In this document: one piece after another, positions 32,025 through 42,429 of the stretch
Numbering within the stretch: position 1 is the stretch's first letter
Layout of the letters: each line of letters begins with the position of its first letter
DNA from: a virus
DNA: 64,000 bases
Virus record (IMG/VR): IMGVR_UViG_3300027734_000042
Direction: 5' to 3' (one strand)
Program-made: the position numbers and the translations under genes
The notes under the pieces: generated by a model
What the model saw: the letters and a program-made list of their open reading frames with translations, nothing else
Told to the model about the DNA's origin: nothing
Database searches by the model: none

Positions 32025-32576
32025 ATGTTAAAAGTACACTTTGAAAATTTTAATCACTTCTTGGAGATAACAAATCCACCCAGTAGTGTAACTGATCGTC
32101 TAGAGAAGCTTAAGACTCTTAGAGAAAGACCTGACTATCATCCTGAGCCCAATACTTTTGAGCACATACGTATAGTGACTGAGAGATTGATGCTAACTAA
32201 TGACATAGATCTTATATTCGCAGGATGTATGCACGATCTATTTAAGCTAGATACATTAGCAATAAATCCTAAAACCGGATTTCCTACTTGCCCTGGACAC
32301 GATACGCAAGTAGCGAGCTTTATACGAAGTAATAAAGAGGTACAGGACTGGATGAACAGATACGAAGCTGATATTGAAACAGTTGCAGATCTTTGTAAGG
32401 ATCATATGAGATTTCATCAATTTGATAGAATGAAAGTATCCAAGCAGGAAGAATTCAAATCAAGACCACATTGGGGTAAATTAATATACCTAGGTGCTGC
32501 AGATAATATGCTGGTTGAATTCGATATAGATAATTTAGAAAAAAGCTGGAAATGGAAAGAAAGAAATACGCTATAA
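32025..32576 (+). CDS. HD-domain phosphohydrolase
   Basis: YHPE..TFEH, MHDLFK, GHD, DHM, AD motifs. Confidence 0.8.
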   Translation: MLKVHFENFNHFLEITNPPSSVTDRLEKLKTLRERPDYHPEPNTFEHIRIVTERLMLTNDIDLIFAGCMHDLFKLDTLAINPKTGFPTCPGHDTQVASFIRSNKEVQDWMNRYEADIETVADLCKDHMRFHQFDRMKVSKQEEFKSRPHWGKLIYLGAADNMLVEFDIDNLEKSWKWKERNTL

Positions 32577-33670
32577 GGACACTTAACAAATATGTTAACG
32601 AGGGAAGGATAGAAAGAAATCCTCACCCGACTCTTCCTATATCCATCTATAATTATTCAAGGGAAACTCAATTTAAGAATGATTGGGACGAAGTAACATT
32701 GTCTATGAGAGGAACAATAATAGACGATAAAGGATATGTTGTTGCCTCTGCTTTCAGTAAGTTTTTTAATTACGAGGAAGTTGCTGATCAGGCTCCGACT
32801 AAAGGAGATTATGTTTATGTGCAAGAAAAGATGGACGGATCCCTAGGTATACTCTTTTATTACCAGGATGAATGGCATCTTGCAACTAAAGGATCTTTTA
32901 CTTCAGATCAGGCGAAGAGAGGAATGGAAATACTAAGAAAAAACTATTCTGTTTTTGATCAGGTCTTCTTCAAGGAGGTAACCTATATAGTTGAAATAAT
33001 TTATCCGGATAACAGAATTGTAGTTGACTACAAAAATGAAGAGAAAATAGTTTTCCTAAGCACTTCTGTTAATGGGGAAGAACAACACTGGACAACATCT
33101 TTATCATTATTTAAAGGCAGCGGTATAAAAAAATCCGATATAGTTAAATGTGAGCAGCACTTCTCTTTCGGTGAAGATCTTTATAAATCTTTAAAGGATA
33201 AAAACACAAAAAACGAGGAGGGATTTATTCTTAGATTTCAACCTGGTAATTTTAGAATGAAAATAAAATTCGAAGAATATGTTAGATTGCATAGGCTTCT
33301 TACTAATTTTTCTAATGTTGATATATGGGAAGCATTAAAGGATGGAAGAGATATAAATGTTCTTCTTGAAAGAGTACCTGACGAATTCGATGCTTGGGTT
33401 AGAAAAACAATAACAGATCTTAGATATCACAAATATGCTATAGAGGAAAGAGCTGGAAAGATTCACTACTATTTCAGATACGGAAAATACAGTGATCGTG
33501 AGATCGAGCCTACTAAGAAAGAATTTGCACAGCACTTAGAATTCTGCAAAACTGAACCTTCTATAAAGGCTATCTGTTTTTCTATATGGGACGGTAAGAA
33601 CTATGATGATATAGTTTGGAAGATGATCCGGCCTAAATATCAAAAGCCATTCTGGAATAGAGAGGAGTAG
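32552..33670 (+). CDS. T4 Rnl1-like RNA ligase
   Basis: KFFNY, motif I EKMDGSLG, EGFIL, KIKF..Y. Confidence 0.88.
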   Translation: MERKKYAIRTLNKYVNEGRIERNPHPTLPISIYNYSRETQFKNDWDEVTLSMRGTIIDDKGYVVASAFSKFFNYEEVADQAPTKGDYVYVQEKMDGSLGILFYYQDEWHLATKGSFTSDQAKRGMEILRKNYSVFDQVFFKEVTYIVEIIYPDNRIVVDYKNEEKIVFLSTSVNGEEQHWTTSLSLFKGSGIKKSDIVKCEQHFSFGEDLYKSLKDKNTKNEEGFILRFQPGNFRMKIKFEEYVRLHRLLTNFSNVDIWEALKDGRDINVLLERVPDEFDAWVRKTITDLRYHKYAIEERAGKIHYYFRYGKYSDREIEPTKKEFAQHLEFCKTEPSIKAICFSIWDGKNYDDIVWKMIRPKYQKPFWNREE

Positions 33671-33710
33671 TATTTGTAACTTCTTGGAATTCAATGTCTA
33701 TAATATACGA

Positions 33711-34712
33711 ATGAGAAGAAAGATTATAGACATCTACTGGGAAGAATTCGAATCATATTTCAGAAGTAAATCTGTTAGCCCCGCTATAACCAAGAAATTT
33801 ATCTCATCTTTACAATCTCACATAAAGGATAACGAAGCATCTTTTAAAAAATTCTGGGAATTTATAAAGATCAATCGAACACTTCCTATAGAAGATTCCA
33901 TATCAAATCTAAACAAGGAAATACTTTCCAATAAAAAGTATAATAAGACCATGATCTTTGTTTCTGAGTGGGCTCATTCCTATCTAGGGGCTGGTGAAAT
34001 TATGTGCTTGCTTATATCTGAGTCTTCATTCTCCGGTGGTAAAAGAAAACCTGATATACTTTTTAAAGGATCAGATAGAAAAATAGAGGTTAAATCATAC
34101 GCAGATAATTTTAGATTAACTGAAGCAACGTCTTTCTTTACTGATCTAGGTACTATCATACAAGCTCTTGTACAAGGAGGATTTTTAGGTAGCTTAACTG
34201 ATTCCAATAACAATGACCTAAGAAAAGGTCTAAGACATTTTTGCGAGTCTTTTCTTTGCCCCCGTGGTTTTATAGAATTGAATGGTAAGATATGGAAGCT
34301 TGAATCAAAAGACGACGAAATGATAGTATTCAAGGCCAGTCCAGATACACCTCAGGAGGTCGTTAATTATTCGATAGTCAGAAATTCTCTAAGGAACTGG
34401 TTAGGTAGAGGTATGTTAAGTCTTAAACTTGCAGAGATCATCGATCCAACAAGAACCTCAAGGATACAAAAGGGGGAAGTTTACGATTATGTGAGTCATA
34501 TTATGGGAGCAGGGGATCTTCCACCTATACCTTTAGAGCAATACTTTATTCTTTGCGGGTTGGAATCTATTTTAATATATGAAAGAAAGAATAAAATCCA
34601 TCCATTTCAGATAGTCAAGTTTAACGAATTAAATCAATTCACGTTGGATAGGATAGGGCAGGGGAAAGTTTCTTATAAGAGGAACTTAGGAATCAAACCT
34701 AGAAAGAAGTGA
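33711..34712 (+). CDS. PD-(D/E)xK nuclease-like protein
   Basis: GAGEI...KPDILF...IEVKS; start uncertain (TTG 33684 or ATG 33711). Confidence 0.55.
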   Translation: MRRKIIDIYWEEFESYFRSKSVSPAITKKFISSLQSHIKDNEASFKKFWEFIKINRTLPIEDSISNLNKEILSNKKYNKTMIFVSEWAHSYLGAGEIMCLLISESSFSGGKRKPDILFKGSDRKIEVKSYADNFRLTEATSFFTDLGTIIQALVQGGFLGSLTDSNNNDLRKGLRHFCESFLCPRGFIELNGKIWKLESKDDEMIVFKASPDTPQEVVNYSIVRNSLRNWLGRGMLSLKLAEIIDPTRTSRIQKGEVYDYVSHIMGAGDLPPIPLEQYFILCGLESILIYERKNKIHPFQIVKFNELNQFTLDRIGQGKVSYKRNLGIKPRKK

Positions 34713-35525
34713 AGACCCCCGGTCAGTACCGTCTAGTTTAATCCCCGCTTGTTTTATAGCTTCCTTTACTCCTTTTGTTATAGTATCATAATCTAAGTAA
34801 TATCTAGATTTTTCTATTTTATCTCTCTTACCTTTTGGATCGTGGAAGAAATCAACATATGCTTGTTTGACGTCTTCAGGATCAGCATTCTTCATCCATT
34901 CTACTAAAGCATTTTCAAAAAGTAAACTTGTTGATTCCCACTCGTCACCTTTAAAAATTAAATTCTCTATCCACCAATTTAAAAATCTAGATTGATATGT
35001 TCCTTCTTCTGCTAATCCTTCAAATGATAATCTTATGAAATCTTTTATTATTTCAGCTATTTTCTTTTTGTCGTTTTTATATGATAGTGGTATATTAACA
35101 TTTATCTGTCCTGATGAGATATTGTTTTCTATAGAGTAATCCCCTTGCGTTGGTCTTATAAGAACCCTTTTCTTCCCCGTGTAAAAATCTTTAGATGAGT
35201 TTGTATCTAGAAATATCAAAAATCTAACTATGTTAGGATATGAAAGTGTAAGATAAAAATCCACCCAAAATATGCTATCATCAATACCTTTAGCCATCTT
35301 ATTAGAACCAATATTAGATCCACTAAATTTTTCTAGTCTTTTAAAAGGTGTAGAATCCGATATCGCATCAAACAGTTCCATTATTTGGTACTTGTCCACT
35401 GGATGATCCTCTAAGCTTTCTGAAAAGAATCCAAGATATGTTGGTTTTGTGGATATCCTTGACGCAGAATCTCTTGCGAGTAACCAGTTTTTAAAAGTTT
35501 TTATACGCCTTTTATTCTTTTTCAT
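34686..35525 (-). CDS. hypothetical protein with C-terminal tag
   Basis: RIKTFKNW leader; ends RGSSLLSRFDS; GATATATA at 35533-35540 (minus). Confidence 0.75.
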   Translation of the reverse strand: MKKNKRRIKTFKNWLLARDSASRISTKPTYLGFFSESLEDHPVDKYQIMELFDAISDSTPFKRLEKFSGSNIGSNKMAKGIDDSIFWVDFYLTLSYPNIVRFLIFLDTNSSKDFYTGKKRVLIRPTQGDYSIENNISSGQINVNIPLSYKNDKKKIAEIIKDFIRLSFEGLAEEGTYQSRFLNWWIENLIFKGDEWESTSLLFENALVEWMKNADPEDVKQAYVDFFHDPKGKRDKIEKSRYYLDYDTITKGVKEAIKQAGIKLDGTDRGSSLLSRFDS

Positions 35526-35616
35526 CCTAACCTATATATCCCAATTCAAAAACCGTTTAAAACGAAACTTTTAAGGCGGTTTTGAGTATAATTAGTATAA
35601 TTAAAACTAATAAATT

Positions 35617-35859
35617 ATGAGTACAAAAACAAAATCAACACCTAAAGCTACGATGAAAGCTAAGGCTGTTAAAAAAGCAAGTGTTTCTACGAGAAACACA
35701 GTAGCAGTGATTCAATTTACACCACGTGGTCGTAGAATCCGCAAGTATAATTCTATGTCTGATGCTATGAGAGCTACTGGTGTTAACACTGGATCTATCT
35801 CTAAAGTAGTTAGAGGTATCTGTCAAACAGCTGGAGGTTTCCGTTGGGCTAACGCTTAA
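35617..35859 (+). CDS. small basic DNA-binding protein (NUMOD1-like HTH with Lys/Ala-rich tail)
   Basis: YNSMSDAMRATGVNTGSISKVVRG...TAGGFRW; own promoter and terminator. Confidence 0.75.
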   Translation: MSTKTKSTPKATMKAKAVKKASVSTRNTVAVIQFTPRGRRIRKYNSMSDAMRATGVNTGSISKVVRGICQTAGGFRWANA

Positions 35860-35880
35860 TTAGAAACTCACAAAAATCCT

Positions 35881-35904
35881 AAAGGGCCCTTCGGGGCTTT
35901 TTTT
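35881..35904 (+). terminator. intrinsic terminator
   Basis: GGCCC-TTCG-GGGCT plus T-run. Confidence 0.85.
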
Positions 35905-35963
35905 GCGAAATCATTTTTTTAATCAAATGGATTGTTCTACTTTTGGAAAATAAATAAAAAACT

Positions 35964-36437
35964 ATGGAAGGAAATGCTTATTACCTAAAGAGATTGGAAA
36001 ACAATGCTAGAACTGGTTATTTATTTGGAAGATTCCCAATACCTTCCGGTATTCCTTTTATATTCACTGCATCTACTATTATCGTGTCTGCACTAATAGA
36101 AGTTGTGTTTCCCACACTCTTTATCATTCCTATAATAGCAATTGTTGTTTGTTGGGAACATTACACTAGAGTACACTTCCGTAGCTTTGTATTTGAAGAA
36201 TGTATTGTTGAGGAGATAATGTTTAAGAATGATCTAATAAGAAATGGAGCAGATCCTAACTTCCCAGACGATCCATTATACGTAACTGAAGAAGATCGAG
36301 CATCTATATTCGAGGAGTGCTTGTATATTAATTCAGAAGAAAAATTCCTTAGTAAAATAAAAAACCACTACCGATTTTTAATCTCAGTAGTGGCTATGTT
36401 TATTGGTATTTATCTTTTGATTAAAGTCCTCTACTAG
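35964..36437 (+). CDS. membrane protein (early promoter)
   Basis: Three hydrophobic segments. Confidence 0.7.
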   Translation: MEGNAYYLKRLENNARTGYLFGRFPIPSGIPFIFTASTIIVSALIEVVFPTLFIIPIIAIVVCWEHYTRVHFRSFVFEECIVEEIMFKNDLIRNGADPNFPDDPLYVTEEDRASIFEECLYINSEEKFLSKIKNHYRFLISVVAMFIGIYLLIKVLY

Positions 36438-37224
36438 TTTTGAACTTATCGTAAGCCATTTGAACTTTCATTGTATCCATTGCAAGTTGTCCTGCGATTT
36501 TGCTAATTGCTATTCTTTCAGCTTTTCTGATATCACTGAATACTGGGTTTCTTTTAAGATCTCTAACTAGCATATAAACCATTTCTCCTATTCTGAGAGT
36601 ACTTTTAGATTTTTCTGCTCTTCTTACTGATGCTATATCTTTCCCAGCCTCAGCCTCATCTCTATTTTTTGTAGAAATTGTAGCATCTTGAATAATAGAC
36701 GAAGCTACTACAGCTAAATTACTAGGTGTTTCGTTTTTAAAGAATTCAAAAGCTTTAAGAACTTTAGGATAGATGGTTTCACTTGTCGTTTCCCCAACAC
36801 CACTTATTAAGTTTTTAAATTTATTTGTTGTTCTAGCTACTGTTCTTGCAGATTCTAATCCGATAGCATCAGCTAAAGCAGGAATGGTTACCTTAAAAGC
36901 TCCCGATTGATCATCAATATATCCGAAATCCCTTAATCCTCTAATTGACATTAGATATTTACCAGGATCTCCTTCCTCAGCTCCTAAGGCTCTTAAGTAA
37001 AGTACAGCCATTTGTTCTTTACTTAAAATTTGGAAGTCTCTATCTAAAGCTCTTTTTTCTCCAGCACTTAGAGTTTCTTCTTCGTCCCAGTAATCTTGTT
37101 CGAATAGGAAAGATAACATTACTAAGTTATTTTCTTTCCAATTTTCAAAAATCGAATTTGCTATTTCTTGTTCGTAGTTTTCTGAAGAAAAGCTTTCGAA
37201 CATTTTGATGTGTTTATTTTTCAT
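36421..37224 (-). CDS. hypothetical protein with capsid-targeting-like leader, possible HTH
   Basis: MKNKHIKMFESF; TIPALADAIGLESARTVAR; GATATATA at 37247-37254 (minus). Confidence 0.7.
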   Translation of the reverse strand: MKNKHIKMFESFSSENYEQEIANSIFENWKENNLVMLSFLFEQDYWDEEETLSAGEKRALDRDFQILSKEQMAVLYLRALGAEEGDPGKYLMSIRGLRDFGYIDDQSGAFKVTIPALADAIGLESARTVARTTNKFKNLISGVGETTSETIYPKVLKAFEFFKNETPSNLAVVASSIIQDATISTKNRDEAEAGKDIASVRRAEKSKSTLRIGEMVYMLVRDLKRNPVFSDIRKAERIAISKIAGQLAMDTMKVQMAYDKFKTSRGL

Positions 37225-37461
37225 GTAGATGCTATTTTCTTTTTCTTATATATCCAAGTTTGTCCTATTATTTTTTTTTTAGAAAGTTTTAGAAATCATT
37301 TTTTTTATTAAATAGAACATTCTATATTTGTCTTGTTAATCTAATAAACAAAAAGATGATCAACGGTAAAAATAAAAAAAATTAGAAAAAACCAAAAATC
37401 ATTTTTTTTATCAAAAGGGTTAATCTACATTTGTCTTGTCTAACAATTAAAAATTAAAATT

Positions 37462-37908
37462 ATGAAAACAACTTTTTCAGCTTTAGTTATCGCTTTAGGA
37501 TTAGCTTTAACGTCTTTTTCATCTATCGGCAGTTCACAAACGAATACCCCGATAAACAAAAATCTAGATAAGATCACGGATTCTATCGCAATCGTATTAA
37601 ATCAACGATACGGATACGATCTTAAATTAGATCCATCTCTTAAGAACGGGAGTATTAATTATTTAAAAGAAGTAAAGAGCGGTCGATCTTTAGATCCAGT
37701 AGAAGACCAAGGACATATCCATACTTCTGCTATGATCCCAATGGAATATTACAATTTAATTCCTTATTCATTCTTCTATGAGTTAGCTTACGAAACTATC
37801 GAAGCACCGGAATTTGCTAGTTACTTTAAATCTTATGTACCAACAAAATTTTGGGTAGAAGAAGTTGTAGTAGGAGATCAATGCTACTTCATCGTAGCAA
37901 TTGACTAA
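37462..37908 (+). CDS. secreted/periplasmic hypothetical protein
   Basis: Signal peptide; two tandem early promoters (37294, 37397). Confidence 0.7.
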   Translation: MKTTFSALVIALGLALTSFSSIGSSQTNTPINKNLDKITDSIAIVLNQRYGYDLKLDPSLKNGSINYLKEVKSGRSLDPVEDQGHIHTSAMIPMEYYNLIPYSFFYELAYETIEAPEFASYFKSYVPTKFWVEEVVVGDQCYFIVAID

Positions 37909-37923
37909 AAAAATATAGCCCAC

Positions 37924-37952
37924 AAAAAAATCCGCTTTAGGCGGATTTTTTT
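37924..37952. terminator. bidirectional intrinsic terminator
   Basis: A7-TCCGC-TTTAG-GCGGA-T7 between convergent genes. Confidence 0.85.
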
Positions 37953-37966
37953 GTGTGTATTAATAA

Positions 37967-39391
37967 TTATTTTCTAGATCCTCTACCAGTACCAGTCCTT
38001 ACTGATCCTTTAGTTTTGTCTGGATCTATTTCAACGTTAAAATTCATAGTTATTTCATTTATTGTAATCTTATCGCATTTAATTCCAGCAGTTTTAGGAA
38101 TGTACGCCTTTACAATTTTGTTTTCTCCTGGAATAATCTTAGTTCCTTTTATAGTTAAAATAACATTTCTAAATGTTTTTCTTACTGCTTCAGTAGTATC
38201 AGGAGATGCTGGCTGAATTTTAGCTGTTTTTGATGCTGTAATTATAGCGGATGTAACAGTTTTTAAATAAGTCTCTACTGATGCTGCTCTATCTATACAT
38301 AGTTTGGTGTTTACTTTTATATCGCCTTCTTGTGAAGCTGATCCTTGTATCTCTATTTCAGAGACTGAATTAAAGTCCTGAGTTATTGCATTATAGATAT
38401 TCTTCTTACCGTTTTCTGTTAATGTTGCAGTACCGGAAGAGAAAAGTATTCCGTTATCTTCAATTGTTAATGTGTCAGTTGTGTCTGGGGTTTTTAATGG
38501 GATTTTTACTTCTTTAATTTCAGTAATTTTTTTATCAACCCCTTGATTTTTACCAGCTTTTGTAAGTTTAGGATCTAAAGTATAGAAAACATAAGTGAAA
38601 ACTGCAGTTCCCGCTTTTTGTAATTTTTTATCCTTACCTCTTGTTAATCCATCATTATCTCTGTCTACAATTTTTCTTCCAACATTCATTGACATATTCG
38701 TTGGTACCACTCCAGAAATAGGTGTAACTTTTTTGTCATTTTCCCATTTTCCTATTTCTATTTGTGATTCTGCTTTTGTTATGTAATATAGATCCTGCGA
38801 TCCTGATCCTTCAATTTTTCTACCTTCCCCTGAAAGATGTAAAACGTCCCAAAGTCCTTGTTGTCTGTCGTATTTACCAATATTATCAAATTTTGCTTTT
38901 CCTTTTTTGTTTGCTTTAGTTATAACTGAACTAAGCTTACTGATATTTCTAGTATTAAGAAGATTTAATAAATCCACTATTTTCATTTTTCCGTCTTCCT
39001 CATTAAAACTCCCGTAAAGACTATAATTAGCATTCATCGGGGAAGACTTTACTACAAAAACACTTCCTTGAATAACCTCGTTGTATTCTATCTGGTTAAC
39101 ATTTGTATCAATTGATGTGATATTAGTGTACTTTCCGTCAAGTATTTCTGCAATAGCTTTTGAAAAAGATGCTCCTGCTGATGCTAAAATGTCTTCTTTA
39201 AACGATGGTCTAGCATCAGATTTCATTAAATCCTCTATATATGCTAAATTTAGCTTAACCTCTGGAGAATCATCTAACTTTCCGCTTAATAAAGTCTTAA
39301 CATCATCCCATGTTCTATCTTCGTTAACCATCATAGAATACGCTTCGTTTATAAACTCCGTAAATGATAGCACTTGTTTTTTCATTTCCAT
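37967..39391 (-). CDS. putative virion protein with C-terminal OmpA-like peptidoglycan-binding domain
   Basis: LFSSGTATL...IEIQGSAS.EG...N.KL..DRA.SV..YL; leader KQVLSFTEFINE. Confidence 0.7.
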   Translation of the reverse strand: MEMKKQVLSFTEFINEAYSMMVNEDRTWDDVKTLLSGKLDDSPEVKLNLAYIEDLMKSDARPSFKEDILASAGASFSKAIAEILDGKYTNITSIDTNVNQIEYNEVIQGSVFVVKSSPMNANYSLYGSFNEEDGKMKIVDLLNLLNTRNISKLSSVITKANKKGKAKFDNIGKYDRQQGLWDVLHLSGEGRKIEGSGSQDLYYITKAESQIEIGKWENDKKVTPISGVVPTNMSMNVGRKIVDRDNDGLTRGKDKKLQKAGTAVFTYVFYTLDPKLTKAGKNQGVDKKITEIKEVKIPLKTPDTTDTLTIEDNGILFSSGTATLTENGKKNIYNAITQDFNSVSEIEIQGSASQEGDIKVNTKLCIDRAASVETYLKTVTSAIITASKTAKIQPASPDTTEAVRKTFRNVILTIKGTKIIPGENKIVKAYIPKTAGIKCDKITINEITMNFNVEIDPDKTKGSVRTGTGRGSRK

Positions 39392-39429
39392 CTTATCTAA
39401 TTTTTTATTTTATATTGTATATATCTTTT

Positions 39430-41517
39430 TTATATGAAAAATCTTTTTTGTGATTTCAGATATACTAATGACTCCTTAATCTCTTTTTTCCAACCTTCCT
39501 TTGGCTTTTTAACTGTTATACCATTATCTGTGCTTTTGAAGTCCCCTTTTAGTGTTTTATTAGGTCCATCTAAAACATAATATCTTGCATTCTTAAATAG
39601 TGTGATATTACCACCTGCAGTCTTTGACTTATAAGTGAATGTAGCCTCACCAGATTTACTTTGACCCCAAGTTCCATTCAGTTTAGAAACTCCAGGGAAT
39701 TCTTTTTTGAATTCACCTTGGTTATTCTTCATTTTGTCAAGGATCTTTTGACTTGCACCTCCAGCTTTAACTATTGTTGCAATACCAGTAGTACCGATCT
39801 TTTTAATACCTGCCTTATCTGATGATGATAGTTCAACTTTTTTAACCTCAACTTTCTGAGGTCCTTGCTGTTTAACCCCATCCACTGGAGATTTTAAATT
39901 TGCATTTTCCGCTATTTTTTTTGTGATAGTAGCATTTCTTTTACCTAATGCAGACATCCAATTAGTAGTAGGTGTAACTTTAGGTTTAACGTATTCATCA
40001 ATGAATCTTTGAGCGCACGATGACATCGGTCTAACTGCTGAAGATAATGCTCCAGATATTATACCACCTACGAAAGAACCTCCTTGCTCTTTTTTAAATT
40101 TATCGATTCCTCTTGTGATCTTACCAGGGAGATCTAAAAGACCGTTAATCACTTTGCCTATTCCTGATATAGCCCCTATTACTACGTCGTAAAGCCATCC
40201 GAAGCAAGATTTACCAACATAAGCCAGAAAGTTTACTACTAATTCTCCGAATCCCCATCCTCCGTTATCATCTTCATTAATAGTCTCGTCCCATTCTTCG
40301 TTATATTCTTCGTGATCTAGTACGTATTCTTTTCCTTTATCCAGTGCTGCATCTGCACCTTTGGCTGTTATCTTTGTTCCTGTTTGTACTGCTTTTTGTA
40401 CTTTTGTAGCATCAGCACCAAGATCTTTGAGCTTACTCATAAAAGGAGCTTTTTCACAAAGGGTAGCAAAAAATTCTCCTAGCCATTTAGAGCATCCTAA
40501 TGATTTACCTATTCCTACTGAAGCCACACTACCGAATGCAGTTGCACTAAATTTAGTTGACCATGAAACAACACTAGTTTTAATTGCAATACCTACTGCT
40601 CCCATTCCAGGAAGTGCTTCAGCTGCTGCAGAAACTAAATCTTTAATCCCGAGTAGTAAACTTGCAGATCCAAATATGATTTTACCACCTCCTTTTACTA
40701 TACCACCAACTGTTTTAGCACCTGCTGCATCTTTACTAGCAGTTATTAAGTTCATTACCCCCTCAACAACTGTAATACCTCCTGCAATCATTGCACACAC
40801 AGGGGCTAGAAACTGTGCAATAGGTATAAATGATAGGATAGTACCTATAATCTGTATTAAAATTCCTAAAGCGGTGAGAGGATTTTCTTTTATGAATGTT
40901 CCTATTGCAGATATAATCTGTTTTGAAAAGTCCCAAACTGCTTTAGCACCACTTGATAGAGCGTCCCAAGCTTTACCTACCTTATCACTAACATATTCTG
41001 CTGCTTTCTTAACAGGCTCTACTACGTATGTATTAACTACCTTTTTAATATCATCTGCTACACCTGATACAAATTTTGTTGTGGCGTTCCATGTATCAGA
41101 CCAAAATCCTTCTAAAAGAAGATCAGCTTTATCCTGTAATTTATCGAATGTACCCTCAGTAATTATATGTAGTTTGTCATTTTTGAAAAGAACAACGTGT
41201 CCCTCTGCAATTGAATTGTCCTTTAAGTATAATACGTTTCCTTTAGACTCAAACCAATCTTTCTTGTTTTCGTATAAAACACCTAACTCGTAAGTGTAAT
41301 AGCCTTTCTCTAAAAGGTATTGATTTTCTTCTTCTGAATTATTCTCATTTAAAGAGCCTCCGAAGAAATCTTTAAATAAGGAAAAGTCCCAAGAAGCCAT
41401 GCAGTTTTCTCTTAGCATGGACATTTGATTTAATTTAGCCTCTAAAACATTATCAGAATCAAAATTAAAGGATTCTTCTACTTTATCGAAGTCATTAAAT
41501 AGCGATAGATATCTCAT
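39430..41517 (-). CDS. large putative virion/ejection protein with central hydrophobic helices
   Basis: 695 aa; acidic N-terminus, amphipathic GFWSDTWN repeats, several Gly/Ala-rich TM-like segments. Confidence 0.6.
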   Translation of the reverse strand: MRYLSLFNDFDKVEESFNFDSDNVLEAKLNQMSMLRENCMASWDFSLFKDFFGGSLNENNSEEENQYLLEKGYYTYELGVLYENKKDWFESKGNVLYLKDNSIAEGHVVLFKNDKLHIITEGTFDKLQDKADLLLEGFWSDTWNATTKFVSGVADDIKKVVNTYVVEPVKKAAEYVSDKVGKAWDALSSGAKAVWDFSKQIISAIGTFIKENPLTALGILIQIIGTILSFIPIAQFLAPVCAMIAGGITVVEGVMNLITASKDAAGAKTVGGIVKGGGKIIFGSASLLLGIKDLVSAAAEALPGMGAVGIAIKTSVVSWSTKFSATAFGSVASVGIGKSLGCSKWLGEFFATLCEKAPFMSKLKDLGADATKVQKAVQTGTKITAKGADAALDKGKEYVLDHEEYNEEWDETINEDDNGGWGFGELVVNFLAYVGKSCFGWLYDVVIGAISGIGKVINGLLDLPGKITRGIDKFKKEQGGSFVGGIISGALSSAVRPMSSCAQRFIDEYVKPKVTPTTNWMSALGKRNATITKKIAENANLKSPVDGVKQQGPQKVEVKKVELSSSDKAGIKKIGTTGIATIVKAGGASQKILDKMKNNQGEFKKEFPGVSKLNGTWGQSKSGEATFTYKSKTAGGNITLFKNARYYVLDGPNKTLKGDFKSTDNGITVKKPKEGWKKEIKESLVYLKSQKRFFI

Positions 41518-41530
41518 TTTTTATTTTTTT

Positions 41531-41860
41531 TTAGCAATTTCCACTGTCTGATATCATCCCCTCTTCATCTCCCTCTTCTTCGTGATCGTGGTTACTTTGT
41601 GATTCAGCATAAAGAAAATTATAAACTTCCTCAACATCATCTTTAGATGTTGCTATGTGATCCGTTGCCCATCCGTGACCATTCTGAAGAACAGCATCAA
41701 CTTGCATTGGATCCATTTCCAATATTGCTTGACACATACGGTGCATATTCGTAATATTAGCAAAGAACATATAGTTCTCCATCTCGTTATGATCCTCGTT
41801 TACTGTTGATGCTACTTTTTTTGTTTCTTGTATCTCATCAAAAGATTTAAGATTTTTCAT
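41531..41860 (-). CDS. hypothetical protein with capsid-targeting-like leader
   Basis: MKNLKSFDEIQE; GATATATA at 41882-41889 (minus). Confidence 0.75.
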   Translation of the reverse strand: MKNLKSFDEIQETKKVASTVNEDHNEMENYMFFANITNMHRMCQAILEMDPMQVDAVLQNGHGWATDHIATSKDDVEEVYNFLYAESQSNHDHEEEGDEEGMISDSGNC

Positions 41861-41880
41861 ATAGTTAATTATTTAATCTC

Positions 41881-42429
41881 TTATATATCTCCTAAACGAT
41901 TTAATAGATTACCGCCTTTAAATAGTGCTAGAGTTTCTTTAGGGTCTACTCCCGATAATTCCAACTTAATTCTTATTAGCTCTTTTGTTGGTTCGTCGCA
42001 CAATTGATAGATCTTATTTGCTATTAACGGATATTCTTTATGAATCCTTACTATTAACTTGGGAGCATTAAGAACATCTGAAAACTCAACATTAGATATT
42101 TCGTTATCCCACTCTAATCTATCATAAGCTGTGTCATAATCGTATCCTTTACCAAATCCGAAAACCTGATACAAAATACCATAATCATCAACATAACTAC
42201 TCGAGAAACTCCAATCTCCATCTCCAGTATAATCATCTTCTGCGCTACCAAAATCAGCATTTATCTTTTCACCGTACGGTGTAATTATATTTAAAGATTC
42301 ATTTTCGTAAAAACCATCATCACCATCAAATCTTGCATTCATTAGCCAATCAACTAGATCTTTATCCTTGTTTAGATCTTTTAGATAGTCTGAATTTTCA
42401 AATAAATGGAAGGATTTTATGTTCTTCAT
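41881..42429 (-). CDS. acidic hypothetical protein with both terminal tags
   Basis: MKNIKSFHLFE ... KGGNLLNRLGDI. Confidence 0.75.
   Translation of the reverse strand: MKNIKSFHLFENSDYLKDLNKDKDLVDWLMNARFDGDDGFYENESLNIITPYGEKINADFGSAEDDYTGDGDWSFSSSYVDDYGILYQVFGFGKGYDYDTAYDRLEWDNEISNVEFSDVLNAPKLIVRIHKEYPLIANKIYQLCDEPTKELIRIKLELSGVDPKETLALFKGGNLLNRLGDI

Noticed and set aside
31775-32044. Plus-strand 89-aa ORF
   Set aside because: Phe/Ile-rich translation of an AT-rich divergent promoter region, with a TTG start overlapping an opposite-strand gene.
40361-41293. 310-aa plus-strand ORF
   Set aside because: Antisense shadow of the Gly/Ala-rich 39430..41517 gene.
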